From: Podarcis filfolensis
Taxonomy: Eukaryota
Length of the DNA: 64,000 nt
NCBI GenBank assembly: GCA_964270895.1
Contig: OZ185437.1
Reading direction: 5' to 3' (one strand)
Shown here: positions 33,755 to 47,916 of the stretch, piece after piece
Layout: each line of letters starts with the position of its first letter
Position numbering within the stretch: the first letter of the stretch is position 1
The notes under the pieces: generated by a model
Seen by the model: the letters and a program-made list of their open reading frames with translations, nothing else
The model's database searches: none
Told to the model about the DNA's origin: nothing
Translations under genes and position numbers: made by a program

Positions 33755-34917
33755 CTTGCAGGCTTTTTATGAGCATTTGATTTGATCCATCACAAAGGAT
33801 CAACTTCCCTTTTGGGGGTAAGCAATGGAAAGCTCATATATCCATAGAAGGGACAGCCGCTGGAAAACCAGAAGGAGGCCATGTGACGACAGCACAATCT
33901 AATTTGAGATATCTATCATTGACCTGGTGCAGTGAGAAGGAACAAAGGACAGAAACCTCACAATCAGTCCCTGAGTCTTTCAGGGTATTAAAAAGGGCAT
34001 GCTAACAAAACTTATGTGAGGATAGAGAATGAAAACTTTTATTTTATATTCCTAAGGTATAAAAATGTTTGCAACGGACATGTTTTAGTTGGGTGTCCCA
34101 AAAGAGATGAAGGGTGTGAAACAAACTGCCTTTTGCTCAATAGCTGTCAAATGTGTCCCCCAGCAAATTGGAGTGTGTACAAATTGAGGGATATACCAAC
34201 TTTGTAGTTTGTAACACTGGAAAGGAGTAAGAAGGTTAGCAGGGAAGCTTTCTTTCTTATTAGTCTGCTTTGAGTCCAGTTTTGGGACTGAAATGTCCTT
34301 TGTTCCTCTGCTAGGCTTGGTTTGGGAATAATAGGAAACCATAGTTTCACATGATAAGACTTAATCACAATGAATACTGGGCTCACACATTCCCCATCTC
34401 TTGTCCCTGTGTGTGGAAGATCAAAAACTTTCAATTTCTAACTAACCACCATTCCCTGTGGCATGGAACTGTGGTTTGTTTAAACCATAGCTAGTAAAAA
34501 CAAACTAGGAACAAGCTGTGGTTTCAGATCCTGGCTTATTCTCAGACTATAGATAGCAAATCACAGTTCTGAGTTTGGATTTGTAAGGAACTGTGGTTTG
34601 TTTAAAACTGAAATTGTCTCCTTTCACCAGGTACAAAAGAGGTAGAGAAAAGAGGAGAGCACACAAGTCCAAGCAGTGGTGGTTGTTGCCAACTAGACCT
34701 TGTGGGGCTGCAAGGAGGTCCATTGATTGTGACCAAGTTTTACTGTTTTTTTCCCTATCTTCCTCCCTTGCAAAGATATAGTGAACATGGAGGCACTGCA
34801 GTTTTCCAAATAATGTGGTTTGTTCTCAGAGTAGAATACCAGTTTCCCTTTACATCCGAACTGAGCCTATCATTCACAAACTGGTCAAGGCATTTCAGTG
34901 TTGCTGAGGCTTTAAGG

Positions 34918-35055
34918 CAGCCTTTCTCAACCTGTGGGTCCCCAGATGTTGTTGGACTACAACTCCCATCATCCCTGAGCTCTGGCCTTGCTAGCTAGGG
35001 GTGATGGGAGTTGTAGTTCAACAATATCTGGGGACCCACAGGTTGAGAAAGGCTG
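34918..35055. mobile_element. hAT-type palindromic MITE
   Basis: ~30-bp perfect TIR CAGCCTTTCTCAACCTGTGGGTCCCCAGAT, 8-bp TSD CTTTAAGG. Related decayed copies near 17280, 26190, 30670, 31970, 38800, 49280 and 51780. Confidence 0.93.
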
Positions 35056-36957
35056 CTTTAAGGGAACTGGTGAAGAGATTGTATACTTTTGAAGCAGTTC
35101 TTTTGTTGCTGAGTTTAAGTTCACTATGTTTTAATTCAATAGAGATTAACAATATTCTAAAATATCCTACATGTTTCAGTGAACTGCCCCAGGATCCTTG
35201 ACGGATGGAAAGAAAGCCCAAGCATTTTACAACTGAAAGCATTTCCCCACATCTTACTTTTTCCAACAAGTGGGATCTCAAATAGGAAAAAGTAGGATCC
35301 AAAGGTTGCAGGGAGCAGCTATGTTTTTCAAAACAGCTTTAAAGGCAAGAGACTATTTTGTCAATTCATAACATACAATGATATAATTTGCACTGCCTCT
35401 GGAAAATATTAATTGCAATCAGCAGAGACAAAACAACAATACAAATGTGCTCATAAATACGGTTCTATAATGTAATCTGGAATAGAGAGAGAGCTTGTTT
35501 TTTTTTTTGATTAAGGATAACACTGTGCATTCCTTTTGTTCTCAACTATCACAAAATGAGTGAGACCCTAAAACAGAAATAAGAGCTGAGTCTTTCTGTC
35601 ACTCTCATAATCTGTGAAGCAATAATTGTTCAAAATTATATGCAGATTTAAACTCAAGGCTGTGGCTATGGGAAAAGCAGAGTCTTCTTGGAGTGTCAGT
35701 GTTGTGACCCTCTTCATCAGGTTGTGTATATGTGTAAATAGACCATATCTCATAAAGATATCACAGTCTCCTCATCTTCAAAAGGAAACACAAACCCTGG
35801 ACAAACATTTGTCACCACTGGAATCTCTTACTGCTCAGAGATCGGTGTTGAGTCCAACACTATTGGTAATTGATCTTTGCTGAAGACTGGCTTCTTACTT
35901 CTGAAAACCACATGAATGGAAACTGTCATTTGACACCACTCCAATTGGGCACTTAATAATTAATATTCCATAATAAATTAATTGCTTTCCGCCCTCTTGG
36001 CATAGAGATGTCTTATTTTCTCATTTAAAATTAGAATATCCATTTACCAATCGCATACAGCAGAACAGAGCAATACAGCATAGCTGGCTCCAGAGGAATT
36101 CGTGGGCATTTTAGTAAAATAGGCTTATTCTTAAGAATGCCACACCCTGGAATTCAAGACATAAAAAGAAACGATTTGGTTCTAAATGAGGCTAAGAAGC
36201 AACCTTTTTTTTCTTCCGCAATGGTGTAAAAGGGACACATGCTTCAGAGTGCAATCTTATGTATCCTTAGCAAGCCCTATCAAATTCAACGGGGTTTACT
36301 CTTGACTGTGCAATTCTATGCATGCCTGCTCAGACATCTATAGGAAGCACTTGTTAAGATAGTAGCATAGTGTTGAAGGCAGGAAAGGAAGACAGATTTG
36401 TTCAGACCACTGTTCTCCCACCTGCCATCTGGAATGGATGAGGGTGGCAAGGTCAGTCCTGCAGAACTACCCAGCTCTCCCTCTGGTGTTCTTGTGCAAT
36501 CCCAGCCTCCTGCCACCCTGCCTTGCCTTCACCCCATCCAGGTAAATTACAATGATACTGATGTTGGGAGGGTGGCCCAGGCACTGCCAGGTCACATCAC
36601 CTGCTCTTGGGACACAAACTTTTCCTTTTTGAAACCAAACTCCTGAGGATTGAGCGAAGAGAGTTAACTCAGTCTTGCTAACAAATCAATCGAAATCTTA
36701 CATCGGAGAAATATTACCAGAGGCAAGACTAGTAAAAGTTAATCAGGGAAAAGTTATGCTAATATCAACTTTCTATTTCCAAATATCCCCCCCTTTTTAG
36801 CAAGCAAGCAAGCAAGCCTACCCATGCATATAGGTGAGCTATGTACATTTGTTTTTAAATTCTGCTGGTTCCACCCCCTTATATTTTTGATTAAGTGGTT
36901 TATAACATTTCTTAAATAAATAAAATTCCCTGTGCTAATGAAGGTTGATTGGAATTA

Positions 36958-37368
36958 CCATGTTGTTGTTGTTTAGTCGTTTAGTCATGTCCGACTCTCC
37001 GTGACCCCATGGACCAAAGCACACCAGGCACTCCTGTCTTCCACTGCCTCCCGCAGTTTGGTCAAACTCATGCTGGTAGCTTCGAGAACACTGTCCCACC
37101 ATCTCGTCCTCTGTCGTCCCCTTCTCCTTGTGCCCTCTGTCTTTCCCAACATCAGGGTCTTTTCCAGGGAGTCTTCTCTTCTCATGAGGTGGCCAAAGTA
37201 TTGGAGCCTCAGCTTCACGATCTGTCCTTCCAGTGAGCACTCAGGACTGATTTCCTTAAGAATGGATAGGTTTGATCTTCTTGCAGTCCATGGGACTCTC
37301 AAGAGTCTCCTCCAGCACCATAATTCAAAAGCATCAATTCTTCGGCGATCAGCCTTTTTTATGGTCCA
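36958..37368 (-). mobile_element. RTE-BovB LINE 3' fragment
   Basis: RVPWTARRSNLSILKEISPECSLEG...LQYFGHLMRREDSLEKTLMLGK is the BovB RT C-terminus; (CAA)n tail at ~36958-36972. Confidence 0.92.
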
Positions 37369-37754
37369 TGTAGGGATGAATTAAAGATGAAGTAGTTTGC
37401 CTAGGAATTAGGCATTTTCCCCAAAGCAGATAAGGTTCCTAAAGTGAGAATTTAGGCACTTTAAAAAATTGATCCCAGTAATCACTAAACCTTACCCATC
37501 AGAGCCAGTGCAAGTTAGGTTGATCACAATCTGCTCAACAGAATGTTTATCTGTTTGCTCATTGCCTCTCATAGCTTTTGCTCAAGCTGACCATGTTCAG
37601 CTTGTGATTGTCTTTAGACTGCTAGATCCTTTCTGCATGTACCCTTGACCCAAGCTGGCACATGTAAATGTCATCAGAAGAACTGTATCTCTGTGTGGGG
37701 AAATCCAATGTTATCCAGTCTTGAGGCCACCCGAGAACTAGGGAAACTGAGTAC

Positions 37755-37983
37755 TGTTTAAGAACAGCCTTGTTTACGAATTATTCGGTTTACAAACTCC
37801 ACAAAACCGGAAGTGGCGTTCCAGTTAGCGAACTTTACCTTGGTCTAAGAACGGAATCTGAACGGTCGAAGGGCACTGGCGGTGGGAGGCCTCATTAGGG
37901 AAAGCATGCCTCGGTTTAAGAATGGTTTTGGTTTAAGAACGGACTTCTGGAATGGATTAAGTTTATAAACCAAGATACCACTG
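37755..37983. mobile_element. Tigger-like MITE, left end missing
   Basis: Right TIR CCAAGATACCACTG followed by TA; internal AAGAACGG repeats as in 46887-47095. Confidence 0.7.
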
Positions 37984-40900
37984 TATAGCCTTAAACTAGT
38001 TGGGGAGATTGGTTGTATTCTTAATGGGGCAGAATGATACATCTTGGCACCCTTTAAATATATTATCTGAGAATAAATAAAAATATAAATAACTGGATTG
38101 TTTAGAATTTTAGGAGTTGCTCTCAGTAACTCCTGCAGTGGCTTGCAGAATCTCACAAAATATACAACTGGTAGATCAATTCATTCTTCTCCCCTTTGAT
38201 AAAAAAACAAAACACCACCGTATCTGCTCACAGGCTTTTAAAGTCAACTGTATCTAGCCCATTTAAAGGTCGTCATTTAGCATTGTGAATTGCCTCACAA
38301 AAAGAAGACACACTTAAAGTGCTTTTAATTAAATCTGGGGTGAGAACTAATTTTTGTCCATCAAATCCAACACCCTGCTGTGCCACTGCTTTTATTTTTT
38401 CCCCCTTTCTTGTGTTCGCTCTGAATTTTTTCAGTCAGAAAACCTTTCATACTCAGACTGATTTGTATACCTCAGCATGGATGTAATTATATTATAGATA
38501 GATTTGGGAAATTGAATAAAGATATGTCTTCATTATCTTGTGCAGTAGAGAAAGCAATTATCTTAATCTCACAACAGATTCATTATATGTATTAATCCTT
38601 AATTCTATGTACAATATGAGATTACCACTTCTTTTTTGTGGTTTTGCTTCAAAGTGTAAAATTAGATAAAATTTCGAGTTCTAATAAAATGTTTGTCTCT
38701 AGAGAAATTCTACTCCAATCCTATACAGATGTTTTAGTGCACCACAACAATATGCAAAGATATTTTAGAGTGGATATGTTATTTTTGGAATGGGGAACCT
38801 GTAGAAGCCCTCCAGATGTCTCCAACACCTACCAGCTGCAGCCAGCATGGCCATAGTCAGGGATGATGGGACTTGTAGTCCAAGGACATCTGGGGGGCAC
38901 CAAGTTTTCACTTTGGCCTTCTCTGAATTCAAAATTCTGCATCTCTCCTTTTACTTTATTTTTTATATTTACATCAGACAACAGTGTCTTGTTAGACAGT
39001 GTTTCATAATAGGATAGATCTCCTGTTGATCTCCCATAAAGTTTGGGAGATATCGTTCTCTGATCAAAGTAACTATTCATAATATTCCCAGTGAGCATTG
39101 TCTACACTGAGTGGGCAACCTTTTACCATGGAAGGCTGCATTCCCGGTATTGGCTGGGGCCAGAGTTAGTGCAGAGCAGGGCCAGGAACCACCATTCCGA
39201 CTCTTAAGAGAGGGAGAAATAACATGTAATAAAAGAGAGATAGTGAGGATGGGGTGGCGATTATCTCAACTCTTCCCTTTCCTTGCTACTAACATGAAAT
39301 TAGGCTAAGGACCATGCACCCCAAAGGCAAGAAGTAGCCTACCTTTATCTGGATGGAAACAGGTTTTCTTAGACTTGTTAAGCTTTTAAAAACATTTATT
39401 TCCCCCTTCTGGGGCAGAATTAGGCTGCATTGCTATATACGCTTACTTCAAAACAACCCTTATACAGTGGGAATTTTTTGCAAGGAAATATGTATTGGAA
39501 CAAACCATTCGTCCTGAAACCATTAGTCCCCCAAAACCTGAATATTAGAGCTGTGTGGTGATGGTGCATGTCTGTCTATGCCAGAGCCCAAAGAAACACA
39601 ATTGTTTTCCATTTCTTTTTGGCTTTGTGTTCATTTCTCTGGTTTCTTTCTAATTCATTTGTATTCTGAATGCGTCACAAAGGTGTTCCCCCCTGTTCTG
39701 CTTAGATTGCCTGTCAGAATACTTACACATGGGGGTTAAGATTGAAGCAATGTACGGTACTTGACTAAACCTTAGAGCCTCATCCAGTCCAAGTAATTTT
39801 TTTTCTTCACAAACCATAATACTTCTTTAGCTTTCAGCTATTAATAAAGAAAAAGCCAGCAATTCCCTCTCCTCTTCCATTTTAAAAAAGTGTGTCAGAT
39901 AAATTTGCTGGCAGAAAAGAAGCACGGGACTCTGAAAACTGAGCTTATGTCTAATCTTACTTTGTTCATGATTGGAATTCAGAGGGTAAAAGCATGCAAA
40001 TGGGTGTTGCTGAAAATTAAAACAGGAACAAGTGCTAGTACAACTACGTGGCATCGATTATTTCTTTGTCATCCACTCCACATTATCAATCCCTCCCAGT
40101 AGTAGACAGCATGATGGTGTGCCTCTGCTCACCTGCCCTCTGGTTGGTCACGTGACTACTGGTTACCAGGAAGTAGAGAGGGTCAGCAATTTCACATTTG
40201 GGTTTTTAAAAGCTCTCAGTCAGATGCCATCTGGACTTGGCAGTTTGTTAATTTTTAGTTTGCCAATGAGACCAACTTCATCACTAGTATTTGCCTTAGT
40301 TCTCCTCTCCCTCTCATCAGCAGAACTGTCCCATGAGTGGGACTTCAGGTCCAATCTCATAGCTGTGTGGAGATTGCCATGTGCGTGCGCACATGCATAC
40401 ATAATAGGAGATTGCAGCAATTCTCATGACTTTGGGGGGGTTACCAGCATCTATAACCTTGACGTAAACAAACAGCTAAGCCAAATTATAAAGCAATAAT
40501 CAAAGGTATGAAATGAAGCAAAAGTGGTTTCTCTTCTACTATTGAAATATTTCCAGTTTGATCATGGAAACGAGTAGAGAGAATTATCATTGTGATTGGC
40601 CTTCTGAGCTTTAGACAAGGGGAAGATTGTCAGGGAAGGGAGAAATATTAACGGGAGCTCGAGTATCACAGATTGCTGTGGCTATTTTCTGCTTGATAGG
40701 GTTCTGTTTAGGCCATAATTATGCCTAAGCTGTAGTATGATGGTTTATGTTGCTGTTCAAGTGAGAAAATTGTTTTTCCGTCCCAAAGTCTCAGACTTTA
40801 TTTTCAAGGTCAGGTAAAATAATGATGTAAGAAAGAAAAAACGAATTCCACAGAAATTATAAAGCTTTCACATCTTGACAAACATATTGCTTCTGCATAA

Positions 40901-41740
40901 ATAAGCCAACACTAGGCTAGAACTCAAATCTGTGTCTGTATAAAATGTAACAAATAATTGAGCATTTAGGCCTCATCATGACGACTATACCGGTTTGTGC
41001 TACCGTTTGGCTCACTGCTGTAATAAAGGCCAGATGAGTGGGTGAGACCAGACCTACATTCACCTTAGTTCACCCAACAACAATCCGATAATAACCCAAT
41101 AATAGTAACAATCTATTCAATTCGGCCAAAAATGTTTTGTAGTTGGCTGGATATTTTTTTTTTTTTACTGACTCTAAAGAGGCATTTCTGGCAGTCTGTC
41201 AAATACTTGTTGACAGCAGCTCTCCAAACTCATTGGACTACACTGATCTGCAGTCCCCATGGATCTCAGATAGTGCAGTTGCAACTCTGTAGTACAACCC
41301 TCCTCTGATGTACCTTGGTCATCCATAACTTGAAGAGCTCACTTCCTCAGCCTTGGTCTTCCACTTATGTGCATTGCAGTGGCATGGCAGCAGACAATTC
41401 CCTTTGGATCAGGATAGTAGCATGGCTAAAGCAGGGTGTGGCCTGGAAAACTAAGAGGCAAGGAACCCCAAAGAAGCTCAGAAAGGAGAACAACAAGTTG
41501 ACGTGCATGCACCAATTATTTGTATTTCAAATCTCATAGTAGTGTAATGCCTCAAAATACATATTGAAAGTCCGGGGGCTGTTACTAGAAGCTTACACAA
41601 GGATTGATTCAAGGGGACTAATTTAGAAACAATAAATTTGGAGCATTGCTCTGTGAACACAATTTTATTATCAGCTTGTGGTAAGCACAGGATTCAGTTG
41701 CTTTAAGACTCAAGAACTAGTGTTCCATGAGGAATATATA

Positions 41741-41909
41741 CCGTATTTTTTGCACCATAACACTCACTTTTTTCCTCCTAGAAAGTAATGGGAAATGTCT
41801 GTGCATGTTATGGAGAGAATGCCTATGGGTGGCATACCTATGGATTTTCCTCCTCTAAAAACTATGTGCGTGTTATGGTCGGGTGCATGTTATAGAGCGA
41901 AAAATACGG
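41741..41909. mobile_element. pogo/Tigger-type MITE
   Basis: TIR CCGTATTTTT/AAAAATACGG, TA TSD. Confidence 0.85.
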
Positions 41910-42126
41910 TAATTACCAACAAAACTTTTAATTTGTTTTTTATCTTAATTTTCCAAAAATTTACTAAATAAATTATCATACACACCAATCACATTATAAC
42001 ACACATTAAAGCTACTTAGCATTTCAGTCAGGGCTGGATGCTTTTTCTGTTGGCAGTATCAGTTTGTGCTGTTGTACCGCAACATTTCCTAACATTGTCA
42101 ACCAAATCACTTTAGGTCGGACACTT

Positions 42127-42270
42127 CCAGATAGCTCAGTTGATAGATCATGAGACTCTTAATCTCAAGGTTGTGGGTTCAAGCCCCACGATGGGTGAAA
42201 GATTCCTGCAGTGCAGGGAGTTGGACTAGGTGATCCTCGTGGTCCTGTACAACTCTGTGATTCTATGATG
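42127..42270 (+). mobile_element. SINE with tRNA-Lys(CTT)-like head and CR1-type tail
   Basis: TAGCTCAGTTGATAGATCATGAGACTCTTAATCTC...GGTTCAAGCCCC followed by a CR1-like tail. Confidence 0.8.
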
Positions 42271-43244
42271 ATCTGGATTGTGTGACTTAAGCTATTGAGG
42301 CCTGGTAGCTTATTGCTCAGGCTTTATGTGAGAATAGTTGGACTAGATGGAATAACTCTTTGGTGTCTTCCAACTGTGAAGCTATAAATATGACCCCCTC
42401 TCCAATTTTTGATAAGAATGGAGATATAAAATTTATCTGTGTTTTTGGTAAAGTGTTAGGAGAAAGGAAAGGTCAGTGTTAAAATATTTTGCTATCCTTA
42501 CTGGCTGATTTTATAGCAATAGAACCTTCCAAGTTGGCTCAGAAGGAGAAACTCTAGCACAGCCTTAGTTATTTCAAGTACTGTGACAATACTTTCTCTC
42601 TCACTTGAATTATTTGGAAGTAAGATGGTGATATTTATTACCATTATTTACTATAGCTCTCTATGAAATGGTAATAGTCAATTTAGTTACAGAATCAGAG
42701 ACCTATGGTTTTTATATTACTATATCAAATAACAAGAGGCGAAAGCTTAATTTTGCCTGGGGTTGCAGAATTCTCCTGTCAACAGCCTCTTTTCCCTCAT
42801 TCAATCACCACAGTACTTTAAGCATCATTGGTTTATTATATGTTCAGCACTGAAGGGGAGTGCTTGCATGAAATGCATGTGGTGCTCCTGAAAACTATGG
42901 CTCTGTGTGTGATCCTTCTGTGCCTTTATGGAGGTTAGTAATGCTTTTAAAGATATATTTTGGACCAGCCCTAGCATTAGACAGATATAGATGCCTTACC
43001 ATATGTCAGATTATTGGTTCATCCAGCTATCTCAGAGAAGGATCTCCCCACAGCCCCTCCCTGTTTCATGGGATCCTTTTAACAGGGGTGGGGGGAATCA
43101 GGGATTGAACGAGGGACCTACAGCAATCAAAAAACATGTCTTTCTGCTGAGCTATGGCTCCTCCCTAGAATAATGCTCATCTGTTAGGCTGCGTTCAGAC
43201 AGCACTTTCTTGCATTATATCAGTGTTATGTTATCTATTAATAT

Positions 43245-44372
43245 TTTTTAAAAATAATTTTTATTAACCAGCCAATCAAATCAAATTAAATCACATCACA
43301 TAAATTCCAAATTACAAAGCTGAATTTTAAATTTTGTTGGGGGGACCCATATTTCAAGATCCGAAGGGGGATTCTGATCATCTTCTTGCTACTGCGTTAA
43401 TGTCCAAATCAATCCAAATCAGTCCAAACAAAGTTCATAATTCTATCCAGTCTTATCTTGCTGTTTCCACATCACATCTTGTTCATATATTTTCTCTTTT
43501 TTCTTTATGATCTCTTCTAATAGTCTCCTTAAGCCGATAAAAACCAATAATAACCCTGTGTGAATTTTTCCGTTCTTCCAATCCTCAAATCGAGATGGTT
43601 TCCATATATCATCACCTTCATAGATAACATCGCTCTTTCCATCATTAATCTCGCAAAACTGTCGCTCTTAAGTCCCTCTGAGGAGTTTCACCCACAATAT
43701 ATAAACAGCTCTATTTCTCTCTTTCTCCTCCCAGACTCAAGACCTCCGACAGAACTTCCCAATATGGCGACGGCATTTTTAACTGCGTCATTCCAAAGCT
43801 CTTATACATTCCACGCTCTTCTTAAAACATGCTTTGGTTCGAAAGTTTATCTCTACACAGCCTTAAATCCACAGCTTAAGTCCTTAAAACGACATTTCTG
43901 ACTCGTGAGGGGAGGGGATTCTTGTTTAATCACATAAGGAAAGAAAGGAAAGTTTTTCCTCCTCCCCCATCAGTCATTTGCCATACCGTATCTTGGCGTA
44001 TCTTCTCATGTTTTATTCTTGTCTTGTTTTATCAGAGATCTCTTCTGTTAGCAGTCTTTACTCCCCCTCCTTCCTTGAAATATGTGCATTCCTTCATCCA
44101 AATTGTTTCTTTTGAAGTTCTTGCAGCTAGTGGCACGGATCAGGGACGGCGTCCAGGAGCGCCGGAATCCCACAGGAGGGCTTTGTGCCTAGTGCCCCCA
44201 TCCCCACAAATTCGGGGGTGGTATAGGGCACAGCAGGCAAGGGCAGTCCCCCCCACCATCCTGGGGGGGGGGTAGGGAGGCTAATTACTCCCACATAGCC
44301 TCCAAATTAGCTCGTGTGGGTCGGAGAGATGTTATTGTCAGCCATCTTCTGATGCGCCCCCTAGTGGCCCCC
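43245..44372 (-). mobile_element. Non-autonomous, internally deleted L1-like retroposon (1,128 bp)
   Basis: 17-bp TSD ATGTTATCTATTAATAT (43228-43244 and 44373-44389); GC-rich 5' end with AAGATGGC; AATAAA plus short A-rich 3' end; no long sense ORF in the track. Confidence 0.75.
44341..44369 (-). promoter_or_regulatory. CTCF motif plus YY1 core at the 5' end of the L1-like insertion
   Basis: GGCCACTAGGGGGCGC (44354-44369) and AAGATGGC (44341-44348). Confidence 0.6.
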
Positions 44373-46886
44373 ATGTTATCTATTAATATCTGCATTTTAT
44401 GTGGTTTTTCACGCAAAGCTACTTCTGGAAAACTTGCAGAATCTTGCAAAAGTTTAACACTAATTTCCGTGTTCGTTTCCTCCAGAAAAAAACCCCCCGT
44501 TTGCAACCCTGTTAACTCAGAATAATCGTGGGAGTTCTGCACTGTAATTTTCCCGCCATTTGCAAGGACCAAATTTGGAGCGGTGCCCCAGCGTATGTTT
44601 CCTTCCTGCTGTTTCATGGGTGAATCATGGGAGGAACAGAAGCACACATATGCATAAAGGGTGGCGATACGCTCTATGACATCCACTGTTGTGTCAAACC
44701 ATGGCCACTGGAGTGAATGAAATTAAGTGTGATATGGTTGTATGATGATCAAAAAGCCACAACGTGACAGGTAATGCAGCGTAAAAGGAACATTGGAAAC
44801 TGAGACAGAAGCGCTGGCATTATATCCAGGAAAACTAATGCAATACCGCCACTACCATACTGAATACACCCTTAGAGCTGTCAGGTTGCAGTACAGAGAT
44901 CTGTGGCGAAACTGCAGGTATGGCACCCCTCAGGCAGTCTCCCTCATCTTCTGCTGTGTCAGGAAATGGAATATGTATTGTGGATCGATGTGTTGAAACC
45001 TCTCAACTCAGCAGTGAGAATAACTAACAGATTGAGGCTGGTTTTGACAAAAGCTGAAAGCTTTAAAAGTCTACACACGTTTCCTGAAATTAGAACCTCA
45101 TTTGGTGTGTTTTAAAGATGAAACAGCTACTTGAAAGAGCATTTGTTTGTAGTTTGTACGGTTGCTGTTCGTGTGTGTGTGTGCATGTGCCCGCACATGC
45201 AGACTTCCTTTTCCTATATATCGTTCACTCTACATATTCTGGCATACAAAATGTATGTGTTTAAATTCAATCCCTGTGCTTAGGGTTGCGGGAGTGGGAA
45301 TGCAGTCTCACCTGATATGATGAATACATATCAGAAACAGACCATTTTTGACCTTACACGTTGCTCATTTCACACATCTTTTTAAGTCACTGTATCTGAA
45401 AAAAAATGTTCCAATAAAGAGTAATTTAAAAGAAAAATCAAAAGAAGCAGATCTACAGATACAAATTGTTGCTTTAAAACAATTGCCTTGTGGATTCTGA
45501 TGGATGGAGAGGCAGGATATAATTATTTATTTTTTAATATTTCTAGCTGATTGCATTATGGTATGAGACCCCAAACCGTGTTCCACAAGCTTCATTCAGG
45601 TGGAATGTGCATGTCGGTTAAAAAACCAGTTTAAAACCATATATCATCTACCAGAGTTCATTACAATTGCTACTGAATTAGCACATTTTGATTACACTTG
45701 AGGTATTTTTATATCTACTTAATGATAATTATTATACCAGTGGAACCATTGTGAGTTTAATACTATAAGACTCTTGCAGATTATCTCCTTTCCTTGGCAT
45801 ATTATAAAAGTGTTCAAGATTATTGAAGCGTCATTCTTTAAAAGTTGTTGTTTAATACAGTGAATCAATAGGAACAAAATTATCCACTGCAAGAAAAACA
45901 GCTTCAAACAGCTCTCTGAAGCATTTTCTGTTAGAACTTTTACATAAAAATCAGACTTCATTAAGACAGGAAATTTTCAGACTAGAATCTGCTTCTTTAA
46001 GAAAACAAAAAGAAACACACACACAAAATCCTCTGTCTTGGATGCATATTACCTTCTGGAAGGGATTTGAGCTTTAGGCAAATTGTATGAAATGTGTGGG
46101 TAGCAAAACACTTCCTTGCCTAGGCAGGCTGCTTGCTATATAGTAACTCCATGAAATTACAGTTTACGTTTCTGCTCCAAATGTATTCAACTGTGTGTTC
46201 ATGCTTACAAAGAATTGTCAAATACTTCAACATCTAATTACGGCTTTCACAAACATATGTTGGCTGAATTAATTCAACATAAATTTTCTCGTAATAGAAG
46301 CTGTTGCACTTTCTTATACTGCTTGCAAAGGAATATCCATCGTTCACCACAAAGTGCCATAATGTGTTGCTCAATAGAAACAAACAATGCCATTCAGGAG
46401 CACTTAAGGCCTTTTCTCTCTGCTCACCTTCCTCATCCTAGCCATGTTTCTTCAACAAACATGACTAGAAAATTACTGCAAACTCTCCCTCCCTCTCTCT
46501 TTACAATAAAACAGCACCAGATTTACACATTCCTTCTCTTTCCCCAAGATCTGAGGGTGGTGCATTAAACATGCACCTGCATTTCACACATCTGCTTTTA
46601 AAAATTCCTATAGCAACTTCCAGGGGTTGAAATCGGGACTGTGCTACACTGGGAGGCTTTTCCTCACTCCCCAACTCTGCCACTCAAAAGTTGCTGTTAG
46701 GCTGATCTGCTCATCCCTACTGCCAGAGCTATTTTTGTCTTGTGGCCCAGGTTTCGTCCACACACAGTCATGGGTCTGTGTTGCCATGTTTACATGTTTT
46801 TTAAAAACAGGGCTCCTATGAAATCCACATGGTTCTGCGGAAAGAAGGCATACTCCCAAGTAGTGCAGGGGTGGCTTTTTGCCTTA

Positions 46887-47095
46887 CAGTGGCACCTCGG
46901 GTTAAGAACTTAACTCGTTCTGGAGGTCCGTTCTTAACCTGAAACTGTTCTTAACCTGAGGTACCAGTGTAGCTAATGGGGCCTCCCGCTGCACGATTTC
47001 TGTTCTCATCCTGAAGCAAAGTTCTTAACCTGAGGTACTATTTCTGAATTAGCGGAGTCTGTAACCTGAAGCATCTGTAACCCGAGATACCACTG
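46887..47095. mobile_element. Tc1/mariner (Tigger-like) MITE
   Basis: TIR CAGTGGCACCTCGGGTTA/TAACCCGAGATACCACTG, TA TSD. Confidence 0.9.
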
Positions 47096-47789
47096 TATTT
47101 CCTTTTAAAACTTTTTATAACTGTTTGGGGGCATGGCAGTAGCATAGTAAGGGGGTTGCGGTGGGTGCGGGCCTCCACGGGTGTCATCACTGAGGGGGGT
47201 GACAAAATGGCAAAAATATGTGTTTTTGAAAAAATGCCCTCTCCTTCATGTATCGGCCTAATCCAGAGGTGTAGCTAGGTGAGGTGGGGGGCACTGTGCG
47301 CCACACTGTGGAGCTTGCAATGTGCCTGAGCCATGCATCTCTCCTGATGGGGAGGCGGCGGGCAGACTGCCTGGAAGCTCCCTGCTGCTTTTTCGACCAG
47401 CGTGGGGCTTGCATCTGCCCACCACCTCAACTGCCCTACAGCTGAAGGGCAGGCTGCGGAGAGGCTCCACGCAGCATGCCCTGCCCCCATGGGCAGCTTG
47501 TCCCAACCCCCATGAGCGGTTTGCTCTGGCCCCGGCTGCAGGGCGCACACGCCGCCCCAGGCACCTGAGCAGCTAGCTAGGCCGCTGGGGCATAGGAACA
47601 CAGGGAGCTGCCTTTTACTGAGTCAGGGTGTTGGTTCATCTAGCTTAGTGTTGCCTATGGTAATAGGCCAATGACTATCCAGATTTTCAGACATGGGATC
47701 CCCTTAGTGGTCTCCCAGGTTGATCATAATTTTTCATCCCCATTCATTCATTCATTCATTCCCCTGTTTAGGGAAGTTATTAAAGTTTG

Positions 47790-47873
47790 ATGTTTTCTTG
47801 TATTTTTAATATTCTGTTGAGAGCCGCCCAGAGAGGCTGGGGAAACCCAGCCAGATGGGCAGGGTATAAATAA

Positions 47874-47916
<43 letters not shown>
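47790..47916 (+). mobile_element. LINE (L2-like) 3' end with (ATT)n tail
   Basis: GCCGCCCAGAG...CCAGATGGGCAGGGTATAAATAA(ATT)n; similar ends at ~2990-3110, ~12290-12450 and ~20900-21090. Confidence 0.6.

Noticed and set aside
44285-44686. 133-aa ORF
   Set aside because: It crosses the TSD boundary of the L1-like insertion, so it is a chance chimera.
47264-47587. MITE-like segment with CAGAGGTGTAGCTAG/CTAGCTAGGCCGCTG ends
   Set aside because: Probably a hAT MITE, but no TSD could be confirmed; its ORFs are GC-rich chance frames.
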